DNA from: Chloroflexota bacterium
GTDB taxonomy: Bacteria; Chloroflexota; Dehalococcoidia; Dehalococcoidales; JAUWPF01
DNA: 40,144 bases
Assembly (NCBI GenBank): GCA_030611745.1
Contig: JAUWPF010000001.1
Span: 1 to 40,144 of the forward strand
Direction of reading: 5' to 3'
Position numbers and translations under genes: made by a program. Positions 19,693 through 29,018 of this stretch are shown here, in pieces (the first letter of the stretch is position 1; every line of letters begins with the position of its first letter). Under the pieces are notes generated by a model, which saw only the letters and a list, made by a program, of their open reading frames with translations, was not told where the DNA came from and searched no databases.

Positions 19693-22344
19693 TTAGCTTT
19701 TATCCAGGAAACATACGGCACGGCGGGTCTGCGGGTCAGCAATGACTTTTGCCCTAGCACCGTTCGCCGCTGCTTTTACGTCAATCACTTGAACCACCTC
19801 CTCAAAGCTGCTTAATTCTGGCGATATATCCCTCAGTATATTGGGTGAGTTAGTAAAGAATTCGGTGTTAAAATCTGCGGTTTTATCATCGGGATAGACA
19901 GGAAGATAAAGTATCTCTGCCTCTACCAAGTCCTGGAAGAAATGAGTTCCGTAGGAGACTTCCGGTACATGGCCGGCCTTTTCACGGGCAACCTCTACCA
20001 GCACTGCTGTGCCATCAATATCTGAATAGCCAACATTCACGCCAAGCTCGATGTTGCTACTGCCCCAGCGACCGGGGCCCATTGCCATGATCTTACCCTC
20101 TTTGTGACGCAAATGGTCATTTAGCTTACCTATCACCCGACCCAGAGTCCTTTTCTCCTCAAATGTTGCTGCCTCGGCATACTTCCGGGGGTCAATGTAA
20201 ACGATGTATCGAATATCGCTGACCACGCCAGCGCTTATCGCCCGGTTGGAGCGGAATAGCACTTGCTCTTTGGGGAGGTTTTCGGGAATCTTGATCTCAG
20301 TACCTGCTGGCATGGGCACGCGTAACGAGCGGCACTGTAGCAAGTTGACCCTCACATTACCCTTACCGTCAACGTATGCTGTAAATTCAATATCTATCGG
20401 CTGGCTCCAAGCTCCCTCCAGCTTCGTTAATATCTCCCCAATTATATTGACCATTTTGGTTCGATTTATTAGATTGTTAAAAGTCAAGATCAAGTTATTT
20501 CCTGAACCGGTTAGCGGAGTTGCAACCCAGTCACGCAGGTAGCCATCAGCTATTTCAGAGGTCAGTAAGTGAAGCGCAGGGTAGTTGTTCCCACCAATTA
20601 TTTCGGCGAAAGGCTTAACCTCAAAGGTATTTGCTTCGAGATTAAGAACATCTACCATACGCTGTGAATACTTGGCTATTTCCATACCAATTTCTGGTCT
20701 GAGCTGTGGATGGCTTATGGCAATCATCCGGGGGTAGTCCCCGCTGACACGGTTCACGGCACGCGTACCCAATCCAAAGACCAGCCGTATCATCCCCTTC
20801 GTAGGGTCAATACGGTCTGTCCAGGCATAGAGGTTCCGTGAGAACGCGACTCCGGCTAGGCCGGGGAAGAAGTACTGTTTGTAGGGCATACCGGAAACCC
20901 GCTGCACCAGGATTGCCATCTGCTCATCGCCCTCGGTAAGACCGCGCCGGTGCCGATAGGAAAGGGCGTCCGGGTTTAAGGCACTGGCATAGACCAGCTT
21001 GACCGCTCTTATGAAAGCCTCCAGCCGCTCTTCTGGACTGCCCTGATTTGCACAGAACTCACTGCGGTACTTACCAGCAAAAGCGTCTGTAAAGCTGTCC
21101 TCGAGTAGGCTTGACGATCGGACAATAATAGGTGCCTGCCCATAGTAATCAAGCATACTGCGGAACTGTTCCATTACCTCCTCAGAGAATCTGCCGGCAA
21201 GAAACTTCTGCTCAACTTGAGCAAACTTATCCCAGGTTAGCTTGCCCATTTTTGTTAGCTGCAGCCTAAGCTGGAAAAGGTTATTATTAACCAGGAAGGT
21301 AAAGAATACGTCCGAGCCAATATAGAACGAATCATGCTCCTCCAGCACCTGAGTGAAGTCGGTCTCACCCTCATCTGCAACCAGAACACGCCTCGCCATT
21401 AGCATACCCGCCGCCTTACCGCCAATGCGACCGGAACCAATAAGGCGGTTTCTCACCTGCAATAGGTCATCCAAGGTCAGGTAGCGATCAGCAAGCCGGT
21501 TCAACTTGGGGTGATTACCAAATATCATCCGGGAAAGTGCTTCCTTAAGCGTCCTTGCCTCCTGAGCCTCCTTTGCCAAGGCTGTTTCGTTTCCTTGGTA
21601 CTGCATAATCTCGCGATAAACCGTATCCCAGGGAGCGATTGACTGCGAGCTAATGTCAACTGGTCGCCGGCTCACACTAGTCAGTATCGTCGCTGCGTCA
21701 CCGCTGCGGGAAACAGATTCCCAACCTTCATCACTAATCAAGTGTGGCAAAAACATCTGGGGGGAGTAGCGATCACAGACCTTCAGCGGATGAATATAAG
21801 TTCTTCTGCTTACATGGTAAACATCCACAAGTACCTGAGTGGTATTGCGGATACGGGCGATAGTATTATGGCCATGCTGGCCACGTCGTAGGGCAAAATA
21901 GGCTACATCATCAAGCTCAAAAAGGTAAGGGCAGGTCACTTGAAAGAAGTTAGCCAACAGTTCATCGGTAGCCCACTCGTCCACCAAAGCGGAAAGGTTA
22001 TCGAAGATATAACAGGCCCTTCTACCGCATTCCTCAATTATTCGGTGCACCTCACCAGTGAAATAGTCGAACCCGGAACTGGGGTCAATTCTGGTGATCG
22101 TCAGCCCGGGCCGCGGCTCGAGGATCGCGATGTGGGGAGCGAAGCGCAGGTAAACACAATCAAAACCGTCGCGAATTGCTTGTTCAGCAAACGCTTCTGC
22201 AAAGTATGGATAGTCCTCGAGGCGGTCAACCTGCCAGACCACATTGTCACCCAAGCGAAGTCCTTGGAGGAGTTCATCCAGAGGTGTCAAGCCACTGCTG
22301 ATTGTTTTCGATGCGATACTTTCCACTTTTGCCCCCTCTACCAA
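19693..22344 (-). CDS. PEP/pyruvate-binding (PPDK_N, ATP-grasp-like) domain protein with a degenerate KaiC/RecA-like N-terminal domain
   Basis: 883 aa. Central GSGRIGGKAAGMLMA and VRSSSLLEDSF motifs are typical of the PPDK_N domain. The N-terminus (GLTPLDELLQGLRLGDNVVWQV) resembles KaiC/RecA-type proteins but has no GxxxxGK[ST] P-loop. The track start is TTG with no SD; a GTG at 22326 preceded by GAGGGGG may be the true start. Confidence 0.7.
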   Translation of the reverse strand: MVEGAKVESIASKTISSGLTPLDELLQGLRLGDNVVWQVDRLEDYPYFAEAFAEQAIRDGFDCVYLRFAPHIAILEPRPGLTITRIDPSSGFDYFTGEVHRIIEECGRRACYIFDNLSALVDEWATDELLANFFQVTCPYLFELDDVAYFALRRGQHGHNTIARIRNTTQVLVDVYHVSRRTYIHPLKVCDRYSPQMFLPHLISDEGWESVSRSGDAATILTSVSRRPVDISSQSIAPWDTVYREIMQYQGNETALAKEAQEARTLKEALSRMIFGNHPKLNRLADRYLTLDDLLQVRNRLIGSGRIGGKAAGMLMARRVLVADEGETDFTQVLEEHDSFYIGSDVFFTFLVNNNLFQLRLQLTKMGKLTWDKFAQVEQKFLAGRFSEEVMEQFRSMLDYYGQAPIIVRSSSLLEDSFTDAFAGKYRSEFCANQGSPEERLEAFIRAVKLVYASALNPDALSYRHRRGLTEGDEQMAILVQRVSGMPYKQYFFPGLAGVAFSRNLYAWTDRIDPTKGMIRLVFGLGTRAVNRVSGDYPRMIAISHPQLRPEIGMEIAKYSQRMVDVLNLEANTFEVKPFAEIIGGNNYPALHLLTSEIADGYLRDWVATPLTGSGNNLILTFNNLINRTKMVNIIGEILTKLEGAWSQPIDIEFTAYVDGKGNVRVNLLQCRSLRVPMPAGTEIKIPENLPKEQVLFRSNRAISAGVVSDIRYIVYIDPRKYAEAATFEEKRTLGRVIGKLNDHLRHKEGKIMAMGPGRWGSSNIELGVNVGYSDIDGTAVLVEVAREKAGHVPEVSYGTHFFQDLVEAEILYLPVYPDDKTADFNTEFFTNSPNILRDISPELSSFEEVVQVIDVKAAANGARAKVIADPQTRRAVCFLDKS

Positions 22345-22417
22345 CAGGCGCGCCTCGCGGGGTGAGCGGTTACTGGTGTTCTATTAGGCGGCTTGCGGCA
22401 ACCGGTTACCGTAAACC

Positions 22418-22446
22418 AGTATATCATGCAATCTATATTGTGTCAA
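22418..22446 (-). promoter_or_regulatory. sigma-70-type promoter candidate for the nitrogen gene string
   Basis: Minus strand reads TTGACA (22446-22441), 17 nt, TATACT (22423-22418), about 75 nt upstream of the first ORF of the string. Confidence 0.5.
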
Positions 22447-22604
22447 CCCCTTTTCTTGGAGAATGTTGGTTAGCTATGGGAGGGTTAGCTGCGGGCAGAA
22501 AGACATCAGGCCGCTCCTTTTCGGGGTTGTGGTGGGGGGGTTCAGGGCTGGCAGGGGCAGGGCTGATTAAATGAAGTTTTTCTGAAAGGTTAAGAAGCAG
22601 ACCT

Positions 22605-22635
22605 GAAAGCAAAATCACCGCCACGGCTGCGGTGA
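22605..22635 (-). terminator. intrinsic terminator candidate downstream of rho
   Basis: 7-bp stem TCACCGC/GCGGTGA (22615-22621 and 22629-22635) with a 7-nt loop, followed on the minus strand by TTTTGCTTTC. Lies about 65 nt after the rho stop. Confidence 0.55.
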
Positions 22636-22698
22636 ATTTTGCCTTACCATCCGGGGAATTTTACCCTTGCCTGGGATGGAAGTCACCCCGGCAAATAT

Positions 22699-23961
22699 TT
22701 ACATCTCTTTGGTCAGGTTGGCCAGGAACTCGGCGTTGGTTTTTGTCTTGCTCAGGCGGTCAAGGACCCGTTCGGTGGCCTCGGCAAAGTTCACGGAGTC
22801 GTTTGAAATCATCGATACCATCCGCCGTAGCAGCCATACTTGCTTTACCGTCTCTTCACCCAGAAGCAGTTCTTCTCTTCTGGTGCCGCTGCGCGGGATG
22901 TCCATTGCCGGGAAGGTCCGGCGTTCCGAGAGCCTGCGGTCGAGGTGGAGCTCCATATTGCCCGTTCCCTTAAATTCCTCGTAGATGAGCTCGTCCATCC
23001 GGCTGCCGGTATCGATGAGGCAGGTGGCGATGATGGTCAGGCTACCTCCCTCGGCGGTATTGCGGGCGGCGCCGAAGAAACGCTTTGGTGGGTAGAGAGC
23101 CGCCGGGTCGATGCCGCCGGAGAGGGTGCTGCCGCTGGGGGGCATCACCAGGTTGTATGCCCGGGTAAGGCGGGTAATCCCGTCGAGAAGGATAAAGACG
23201 TCCTTACCGTGTTCTACCATTCGCTTGGCTTTCTCCAGTGCCAACTCGGCGACCCGCGTCTGATTCTCCACCGGCTCATCGAAGGTGGCACCTATTACCT
23301 CACCCTTGACGGAACGCCTGATATCGGTGACCTCCTCGGGACGCTCGCCGATAAGGCATACCATCATGTGGATATCATTATAGTTGATGCTGGCGGCATT
23401 GGCGATGGCCTTCAGCAATAAGGTTTTACCGGCTTTGGGTGGTGATACAATCAGTCCTCGCTGTCCCCGTCCGATAGGGGCAATAAGGTTCATGAGCCGG
23501 GTGGACAACTCACCGGGTGAGTTTTCCAGGTTGATCAGCTTGTCAGGGAAGGTCGGGGTGAGTGAGGCAAACCGGGGTCGGCTTTTAGCCAGCTCGGGGT
23601 TGAGGTCGTTAATTGCCTGCACCCTGAGCAGGCTGTAGTATTTCTCGCTGTTCTTGGGGGGGCGCCCCTGACCGGCAACGCTGTCCCCGGTGCGCAGTCC
23701 GAAGCGGTGAATCTGGGATTGGGAGACATAAATATCGGATGAGCTGGGCAGGAGTGAGTCCTGCCTGAGGAAGCCATAGCCATCGGCCATAATCTCCAGG
23801 TCGCCGCTGCAGAAGACGTAGCCCTGCTGCTCGGTGTCGGCCTGGAGCAGGCGCATGACGATGTCCTGCTTCTTGAGGCTGGTGCAATTGGTGATGCTCA
23901 TCTCCCTGGCTAGCTCAATGAGTTCGTCTCTACTTTTATTTTCTAGTTCGGCAATGTTCAT
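22699..23961 (-). CDS. rho: transcription termination factor Rho
   Basis: 420 aa. N-terminal Rho_N ([23 protein letters not shown]), an RNA-binding domain, and Walker [16 protein letters not shown]. Confidence 0.97.
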   Translation of the reverse strand: MNIAELENKSRDELIELAREMSITNCTSLKKQDIVMRLLQADTEQQGYVFCSGDLEIMADGYGFLRQDSLLPSSSDIYVSQSQIHRFGLRTGDSVAGQGRPPKNSEKYYSLLRVQAINDLNPELAKSRPRFASLTPTFPDKLINLENSPGELSTRLMNLIAPIGRGQRGLIVSPPKAGKTLLLKAIANAASINYNDIHMMVCLIGERPEEVTDIRRSVKGEVIGATFDEPVENQTRVAELALEKAKRMVEHGKDVFILLDGITRLTRAYNLVMPPSGSTLSGGIDPAALYPPKRFFGAARNTAEGGSLTIIATCLIDTGSRMDELIYEEFKGTGNMELHLDRRLSERRTFPAMDIPRSGTRREELLLGEETVKQVWLLRRMVSMISNDSVNFAEATERVLDRLSKTKTNAEFLANLTKEM

Positions 23962-23983
23962 GGTGTAACCTCATTCCTGGTGA

Positions 23984-24637
23984 TTATTGTTGCTCGGAAA
24001 GGTGTTGCCAGTCGGCGAGGAAGCGGGTGATGCCGGTATCGGTGAGCGGGTGGCGTATCATCTGCATCAGCACCGCGTAGGGGACGGTGGCGATATGGGC
24101 CCCGGCTTTGGCGGCAGCGACACAGTGCTCGGGGTGACGAATGCTGGCGGCAATCACCTGGGTGGGTAGCTGGTAGTGCGTGAAGACATCGACCATGTCT
24201 TTAACCAGCTCCATGCCGTCATGGCCGATATCATCCAGTCTGCCGACGAAGGGGCTGACATAGGTGGCGCCGGCTAATGCCCCGAGGAGAGCCTGGTTCA
24301 GGGAGAAGCAGAGGGTAAGGTTGACCTTGATGTTTTCCTTAGCCAGGACGGAGGTGGTCTCCAGCCCCTCGGCGGTAGCCGGGATTTTAATCACGATATT
24401 GGGTGCCCAGGTAGAGATTTGCCGTGCCTGCTCAATCATGGCTTGAGCTTCCTCTACTACCACCTCAGCCGAAACCGGTCCCGGGATAATGGAGCAGATT
24501 TCCTCGATGGTAGCCCTGTAGTCAGCCGGTTTTTCCCTGGATACCAGAGAGGGGTTGGTGGTGATGCCGCTGATTACCCCCAGTCTGGCAGCTTGCCTGA
24601 TGTGGTCAATATTGGCGGTATCGAGAAAAATGCGCAT
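23984..24637 (-). CDS. tal: transaldolase / fructose-6-phosphate aldolase family (short, type 3B)
   Basis: 217 aa with MRIFLDTANIDHIRQAARLGVISGITTNPSL and a Schiff-base Lys context (VIKIPAT). Confidence 0.92.
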   Translation of the reverse strand: MRIFLDTANIDHIRQAARLGVISGITTNPSLVSREKPADYRATIEEICSIIPGPVSAEVVVEEAQAMIEQARQISTWAPNIVIKIPATAEGLETTSVLAKENIKVNLTLCFSLNQALLGALAGATYVSPFVGRLDDIGHDGMELVKDMVDVFTHYQLPTQVIAASIRHPEHCVAAAKAGAHIATVPYAVLMQMIRHPLTDTGITRFLADWQHLSEQQ

Positions 24638-24867
24638 TTAGACCTCCGTAACTAATTGGGTTGAGGCAGGACGACACTATGTAAGCGCTCATAGATGCTT
24701 TCGGTGGCTGAACTAAAGTGCTGAATAAAGATGTGCTCTGGCATTCAGAAAAACCAAACCCTCAGGCTAAAAGCCTGCTAAGTTGGGGAAACGCTTTCTA
24801 TAATCCTTTGGGAAACAGCTCTACGTCGAGTTTATCCTGGCGATAGCGGGGAATAAATACTAGCCTA

Positions 24868-24896
24868 ATTATAGGCAGGCAATTGCCAGTTGTCAA
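24868..24896 (-). promoter_or_regulatory. consensus sigma-70 promoter upstream of tal-rho
   Basis: Minus strand reads TTGACA (24896-24891), exactly 17 nt, TATAAT (24873-24868). Starts 2 nt after the def stop codon and about 230 nt upstream of the tal ATG. Confidence 0.55.
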
Positions 24897-24898
24897 GT

Positions 24899-25387
24899 TC
24901 ACATTGGCTGGGACTCATCAACCTCAATCTTGCGTAGCTTGTCCATATTTTCCAGGTAATCTATGTAAAGCACCCCGTTTAAGTGGTCTATTTCATGTTC
25001 TAAGGCTTGAGCCAGAAGTTCCTCTGCCTTGATTTGTCTTACCTTCCCGTTTGGGCTGAGTCCTTTAACCTTAACTTGCTCTGACCGCTTGACCTGCCCG
25101 ACATAACCGGGGATGCTGAGGCAGCCTTCTTCTACCAGTCGTTCTCCTGTTCCCTTGACTACTTCGGGATTAATCAGGGCAAAGTCTTCTTCCCCGGGTA
25201 TGCCAATGACAATCACCCGCAGCAGGGTGCCTACCTGGGGGGCAGCCAGGCCAACGCCACCAGCAGAGTGCATTGTCTCCAGCATATCGTCGATAAGCCG
25301 GTGGATTGAGTTATCAATACTCCTGACGCGCTTTGACTTCTGTCTCAGGACAGGGTCAGGCACCACCCGCACAGGTATAATCGACAT
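24899..25387 (-). CDS. def: peptide deformylase
   Basis: 162 aa with the three PDF motifs GVGLAAPQVG, EGCLSIPG and HEIDHLNG. Confidence 0.95.
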   Translation of the reverse strand: MSIIPVRVVPDPVLRQKSKRVRSIDNSIHRLIDDMLETMHSAGGVGLAAPQVGTLLRVIVIGIPGEEDFALINPEVVKGTGERLVEEGCLSIPGYVGQVKRSEQVKVKGLSPNGKVRQIKAEELLAQALEHEIDHLNGVLYIDYLENMDKLRKIEVDESQPM

Positions 25388-25412
25388 CCGGTCACCACCT
25401 GATTATAGTTTA

Positions 25413-27854
25413 CTAGACCAGTCCCACCGGGTCAACGTCCACTGTCCATCCCTGGGGGATGGTTAAGTGGGAAAGAAGGGCAGAGGGCTCCGCGCCGCGG
25501 AGGATAATCTGCCAGCGAAACCTGCCCCGCAGCCGGTGAATAAAAGCCGGGGCAGGCCCGATCAGGCTCAAGTCGGCTATTCCCCTGGCTTCTGTTTCGG
25601 CGATGAGCAGTTGCTGCATCCTTTCCGCCTCCCGCTGGCACAGGATATCATTGGGATGGCTGCAGGTAAGGAGAACAAGCCGGCTGAAGGGCGGGTTATG
25701 GAACTTGCGGCGATAGTTAATTTCCCGCTCGTAGAAAGAGGCATAGTCATGTCCGGCTGCCGCCTGGATGACGTAGTGGTCGGGAGAGTAAGTCTGGATG
25801 ATAACCTGTCCCCCCAGAATGCCTCGCCCGGCCCTCCCCGCCACCTGGCATAGTAATTGAAAGGTCCTCTCCCCGGCCCGGAAGTCAGGCAGGTTCAAGC
25901 CGGTATCGGCGTTGATTACCCCGACAAGGGTAACCAGTGGTAGGTCCAGTCCCTTGGCAACCATCTGGGTGCCAATAAGAATATCAGCCTCATGGGCACG
26001 AAACCTGGCTAATATCTCCTGGTGGGAGTGCTTCCCCCGGGTAATATCGCTATCCCAGCGTGCCAGTTTTGCCTGGGGGAAGGCATAACCTGCTTCCTGT
26101 TCCAGCTTCTGGGTGCCAGCGCCTAAAAACTTCAGGCTGCGGCTCCGGCATCGGGGGCAGGCCTGGGGCAGCGGCACTCGGTAGTTACACTGGTGGCAGA
26201 CTAAAATATTCTCAATTAAATGGTAGGTAAGGGTAACCTCACAGCGCCTGCAGCGGAGGACAAAGCCGCAGTGGCGACACTGAATAAATGTCGCCCCTCC
26301 CCTCCGGTTGAGGAAAAAGATTACCTGTTCCCCTTTTGCCACTGCCTCGGCTGTGGCCTGGGTGAGAGACCGGCTGAAAAGGCTTCTGTTTCCCGCTTTG
26401 AATTCTTCCTTCTGGTCAACTATTGCAACCCGGGGCAGGGGGGAGCCTTCACTGGGGACAACCCGCTCCGGAAGCCGGAGTAAGCGGTAGTCTCCGGTTT
26501 GGGAATGATAGAAGGGTTCAACATCGGGGGTGGCGCTGCCGAGAATGACCACGGCGCCGTTGAGTTCCGCCAGCTTAATGGCAACCTCACGGGTGTGGTA
26601 GCGGGGTGATTTATCGTGCTGCTTGTAGGTCCATTCGTGCTCCTCATCAATAACGATGAGGCCTAAATCGGGTTGGGGAGCAAAGATGGCACTGCGGGGG
26701 CCGATAACGACATCGCATTTCCCGTTTCTTATTCGCTGCCACTCGTCGAACCGCTCCCCCAGGGAGAGCTTGCTGTGGAGGATACCTACCCTGCCGGGGA
26801 AGCGTGACGAGAAGCGCTCTATGGTCTGGGGGGTGAGGGCAATCTCCGGCACCAGGGCGATGCCCCGTTTTCCCAGCCTTGTCGCCTCGGCCAGGGCCTG
26901 CAGGTAGACCTCGGTCTTACCACTCCCGGTAACCCCGTGAAGGAGGAAAACGGATGGTCTGGCACTGCCCTTTACTACTCGGGTCAGGCTGGACTTGATT
27001 GAACTCAGGGCTGACTCCTGGTCGGTGGTAGGGAGTAGCGGCTGAGAAGGGGTGATACCCTCATCGGAAATGGGTCTGCGTCTTACCTCGACCGGCTGAA
27101 GCCGGACTAAGCCCTTGCCGGCCAGGGCGCTGGCAATTGCCGTTGAGCAACCGGTGCTCTTCCTGACCTCGGCCAGGGGCAGCGGCCCGGTTTGCCGGGC
27201 CAGAAAGTGAAGGAGGTCTGCCTGCTTACTCGCCCGCTGCTTGCGGAGACTCTCTACCGCCTGCCGGGCCTGGGGGGGCGGTACTGCCAGCTCCAGGTAG
27301 GGTACCGTCTTTGGTCTTACCTTGACCTTCTCCAGCTCATAGACTCTGGTCACCAGGCCTCGGCTAACCAGCTGCGATATGAGCCGCCGCCCGCGCTTTC
27401 CTCCCAGTACCTTCTCTATCTCTTTCAGGCTGGCCTTGCCCCGCCTCCCTACCAGTTCCAGCACCACCTTTTGTTCGGGGGTGAGGGGGGGTGTACCTGT
27501 CCCGGGATTTGGAGAACTGCAGATAAAGGTAACTGTCCGGCGTTCAAAACCCGGCGGCAGCATCAGGGCCACGGCGTCGAAGAGGGGGGACAAATAATAC
27601 TCGCTGAGCCATCTGGACAGCCTTACCTGGGATGGGGTTAAAATGGGGTGAGGGTCGATGACCCCGCTTATTTCCCTGACCTCGTCTACTGAGGGATAGG
27701 GATTGACCTCGAGGATGATACCCTGGAGAAGCTTGTTCCCAAAGGGAACCCACACCGCTTGCCCGACAGCGGCGTTCAGCCCGAGGGGTATTGCGTAGCT
27801 GAAGGTGTGGCGCTGTGCCAGCGGTGAATTAACACTAACCTCAGCATACTCCAT
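25413..27854 (-). CDS. priA: primosomal protein N' (replication restart helicase PriA)
   Basis: 813 aa. Walker A LLHGVTGSGKTEVY, DEEH box (VIDEEHEW), and a Cys-rich zinc region (CRHCGFVLRCRRCEVTLTYH...CHQCNY...CPRC). Confidence 0.93.
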   Translation of the reverse strand: MEYAEVSVNSPLAQRHTFSYAIPLGLNAAVGQAVWVPFGNKLLQGIILEVNPYPSVDEVREISGVIDPHPILTPSQVRLSRWLSEYYLSPLFDAVALMLPPGFERRTVTFICSSPNPGTGTPPLTPEQKVVLELVGRRGKASLKEIEKVLGGKRGRRLISQLVSRGLVTRVYELEKVKVRPKTVPYLELAVPPPQARQAVESLRKQRASKQADLLHFLARQTGPLPLAEVRKSTGCSTAIASALAGKGLVRLQPVEVRRRPISDEGITPSQPLLPTTDQESALSSIKSSLTRVVKGSARPSVFLLHGVTGSGKTEVYLQALAEATRLGKRGIALVPEIALTPQTIERFSSRFPGRVGILHSKLSLGERFDEWQRIRNGKCDVVIGPRSAIFAPQPDLGLIVIDEEHEWTYKQHDKSPRYHTREVAIKLAELNGAVVILGSATPDVEPFYHSQTGDYRLLRLPERVVPSEGSPLPRVAIVDQKEEFKAGNRSLFSRSLTQATAEAVAKGEQVIFFLNRRGGATFIQCRHCGFVLRCRRCEVTLTYHLIENILVCHQCNYRVPLPQACPRCRSRSLKFLGAGTQKLEQEAGYAFPQAKLARWDSDITRGKHSHQEILARFRAHEADILIGTQMVAKGLDLPLVTLVGVINADTGLNLPDFRAGERTFQLLCQVAGRAGRGILGGQVIIQTYSPDHYVIQAAAGHDYASFYEREINYRRKFHNPPFSRLVLLTCSHPNDILCQREAERMQQLLIAETEARGIADLSLIGPAPAFIHRLRGRFRWQIILRGAEPSALLSHLTIPQGWTVDVDPVGLV

Positions 27855-27884
27855 CCCGCATCCTCCAACGAGGTAGGGCTGGGT

Positions 27885-28247
27885 TTAGTCCCTGGGCGCT
27901 GCTTTCGCGGTCCGTTTTTCCTTGATGCGGGATGCCTTACCGCTCAAGCCCCGCAAGTAGTAAAGCTTGGCCCGGCGTACCTTTCCGTGGCGCATAACCT
28001 CCACCTTTTCCACCAGCGGTGAATGCAGGGGGAAGGTACGCTCGACGCCGATACCGGAGGCGACTCGCCTTACGGTGAAGCTGGCCCCCGCCCCACCGCG
28101 CCGCAGCCGGATTACCACCCCTTGAAATATCTGGATGCGTTGCCTTTAGCCTTCAACCCCCTTGGCACTGACCTTTACCGTGTCACCGGGGGCAAGGGGC
28201 GGAATATTAGGGTTTGTTTTGACTTCGACTAGTGATGCCATATCCAT
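27885..28247 (-). CDS. rplS: 50S ribosomal protein L19, reading frame interrupted by one in-frame TAA (28146-28148)
   Basis: The track ORF 27885-28118 is only the C-terminal two thirds of L19 ([46 protein letters not shown]). Reading further upstream in the same frame gives M(DM)[47 protein letters not shown]. This is collinear with B. subtilis L19 (...[27 protein letters not shown]...). Confidence 0.85.
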
Positions 28248-29013
28248 TGACTACATCTCCTCTATTAGCTCCCGACTCCTTTAGCTTGTCGATCGACCCT
28301 GCTTCTTTTAAAGACAGGTTAGCCTTGTCCAGCAGTTCGGGACGGCGTTGCAGGGTACGCTGGATAGCCTGCTGGCGGCGCCACCTGGCAATCCGAGCAT
28401 GGTTTCCTGAAAGCAGGACCTCGGGTACTGACCATTCCCTGTATACTTCAGGGCGGGTGTATTGGGGGTACTCCAGAAGCCCGCTGGCATGAGAGTCGTC
28501 CACCGGTGAAGCCTCCGAACCAAGGACCCCGGGCAGTAGCCTGACCACGGCATCCACTACCACCATGGCCGCCAGCTCACCGCCACTGAGCACATAGTCA
28601 CCAATACTGACCTCATCAGTGACCAGGTATTGTCTTATTCGTTCGTCGACCCCTTCGTAGTGCCCGCAAATGAGTATCAGATGGCTGTGTTGTGATAGCT
28701 CGCGGGCGATTCGCTGGCAGAAGAGACGGCCCTGGGGGGTGAGCAAAATTACGGGCAGGGGGCGAGACTCCTTGTTACCACTCTCTGCTTTCAACTTCTC
28801 TACCGCCTCGAAAATGGGCTCGGGCTTGAGTACCATACCCGCGCCGCCCCCGTAAGCGTAGTCGTCAACGGTGTGGTGCCTGTCATGAGTGTAGTCCCGA
28901 ATGTTATGCAGGCTAATGCTAATCCGTTTCTGGTCGACAGCCCGTTTCAGGATACTGGCGTTAAAGGGCCCGCCAAACATCTCCGGAAACAGGGTCAAGA
29001 TATCAATATGCAC
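28207..29013 (-). CDS. trmD: tRNA (guanine37-N1)-methyltransferase
   Basis: 268 aa with canonical TrmD motifs ([48 protein letters not shown]). The C-terminal tail overlaps the rplS start. Confidence 0.95.
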   Translation of the reverse strand: MHIDILTLFPEMFGGPFNASILKRAVDQKRISISLHNIRDYTHDRHHTVDDYAYGGGAGMVLKPEPIFEAVEKLKAESGNKESRPLPVILLTPQGRLFCQRIARELSQHSHLILICGHYEGVDERIRQYLVTDEVSIGDYVLSGGELAAMVVVDAVVRLLPGVLGSEASPVDDSHASGLLEYPQYTRPEVYREWSVPEVLLSGNHARIARWRRQQAIQRTLQRRPELLDKANLSLKEAGSIDKLKESGANRGDVVNGYGITSRSQNKP

Positions 29014-29018
29014 TGACG

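Noticed and set aside
22433-22624. 63-aa ORF (and the overlapping plus-strand ORFs at 22302-22574 and 22632-22984) in the rho/nitrogen-operon intergenic region.
   Set aside because: The minus-strand ORF would start inside the terminator hairpin stem and run through the predicted promoter. It has no Shine-Dalgarno and a Pro-rich, low-complexity sequence. The region is better explained as regulatory DNA.
145-22698. Canonical methanogen NrpR operator GGAA-N6-TTCC in the intergenic regions of the nitrogen genes (145-254, 7901-7984, 17888-17978, 22345-22698).
   Set aside because: A visual scan of these gaps found no exact GGAA-N6-TTCC. Absence by eye is not proof, but I cannot report such a site.
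28146-28148. Idea that TAA is a reassigned sense codon in this organism, which would explain the rplS interruption.
   Set aside because: carB (255-257), rho (22699-22701) and the ABC-F gene (31807-31809) all end with TAA at positions matching normal protein C-termini. Global reassignment is therefore not supported.
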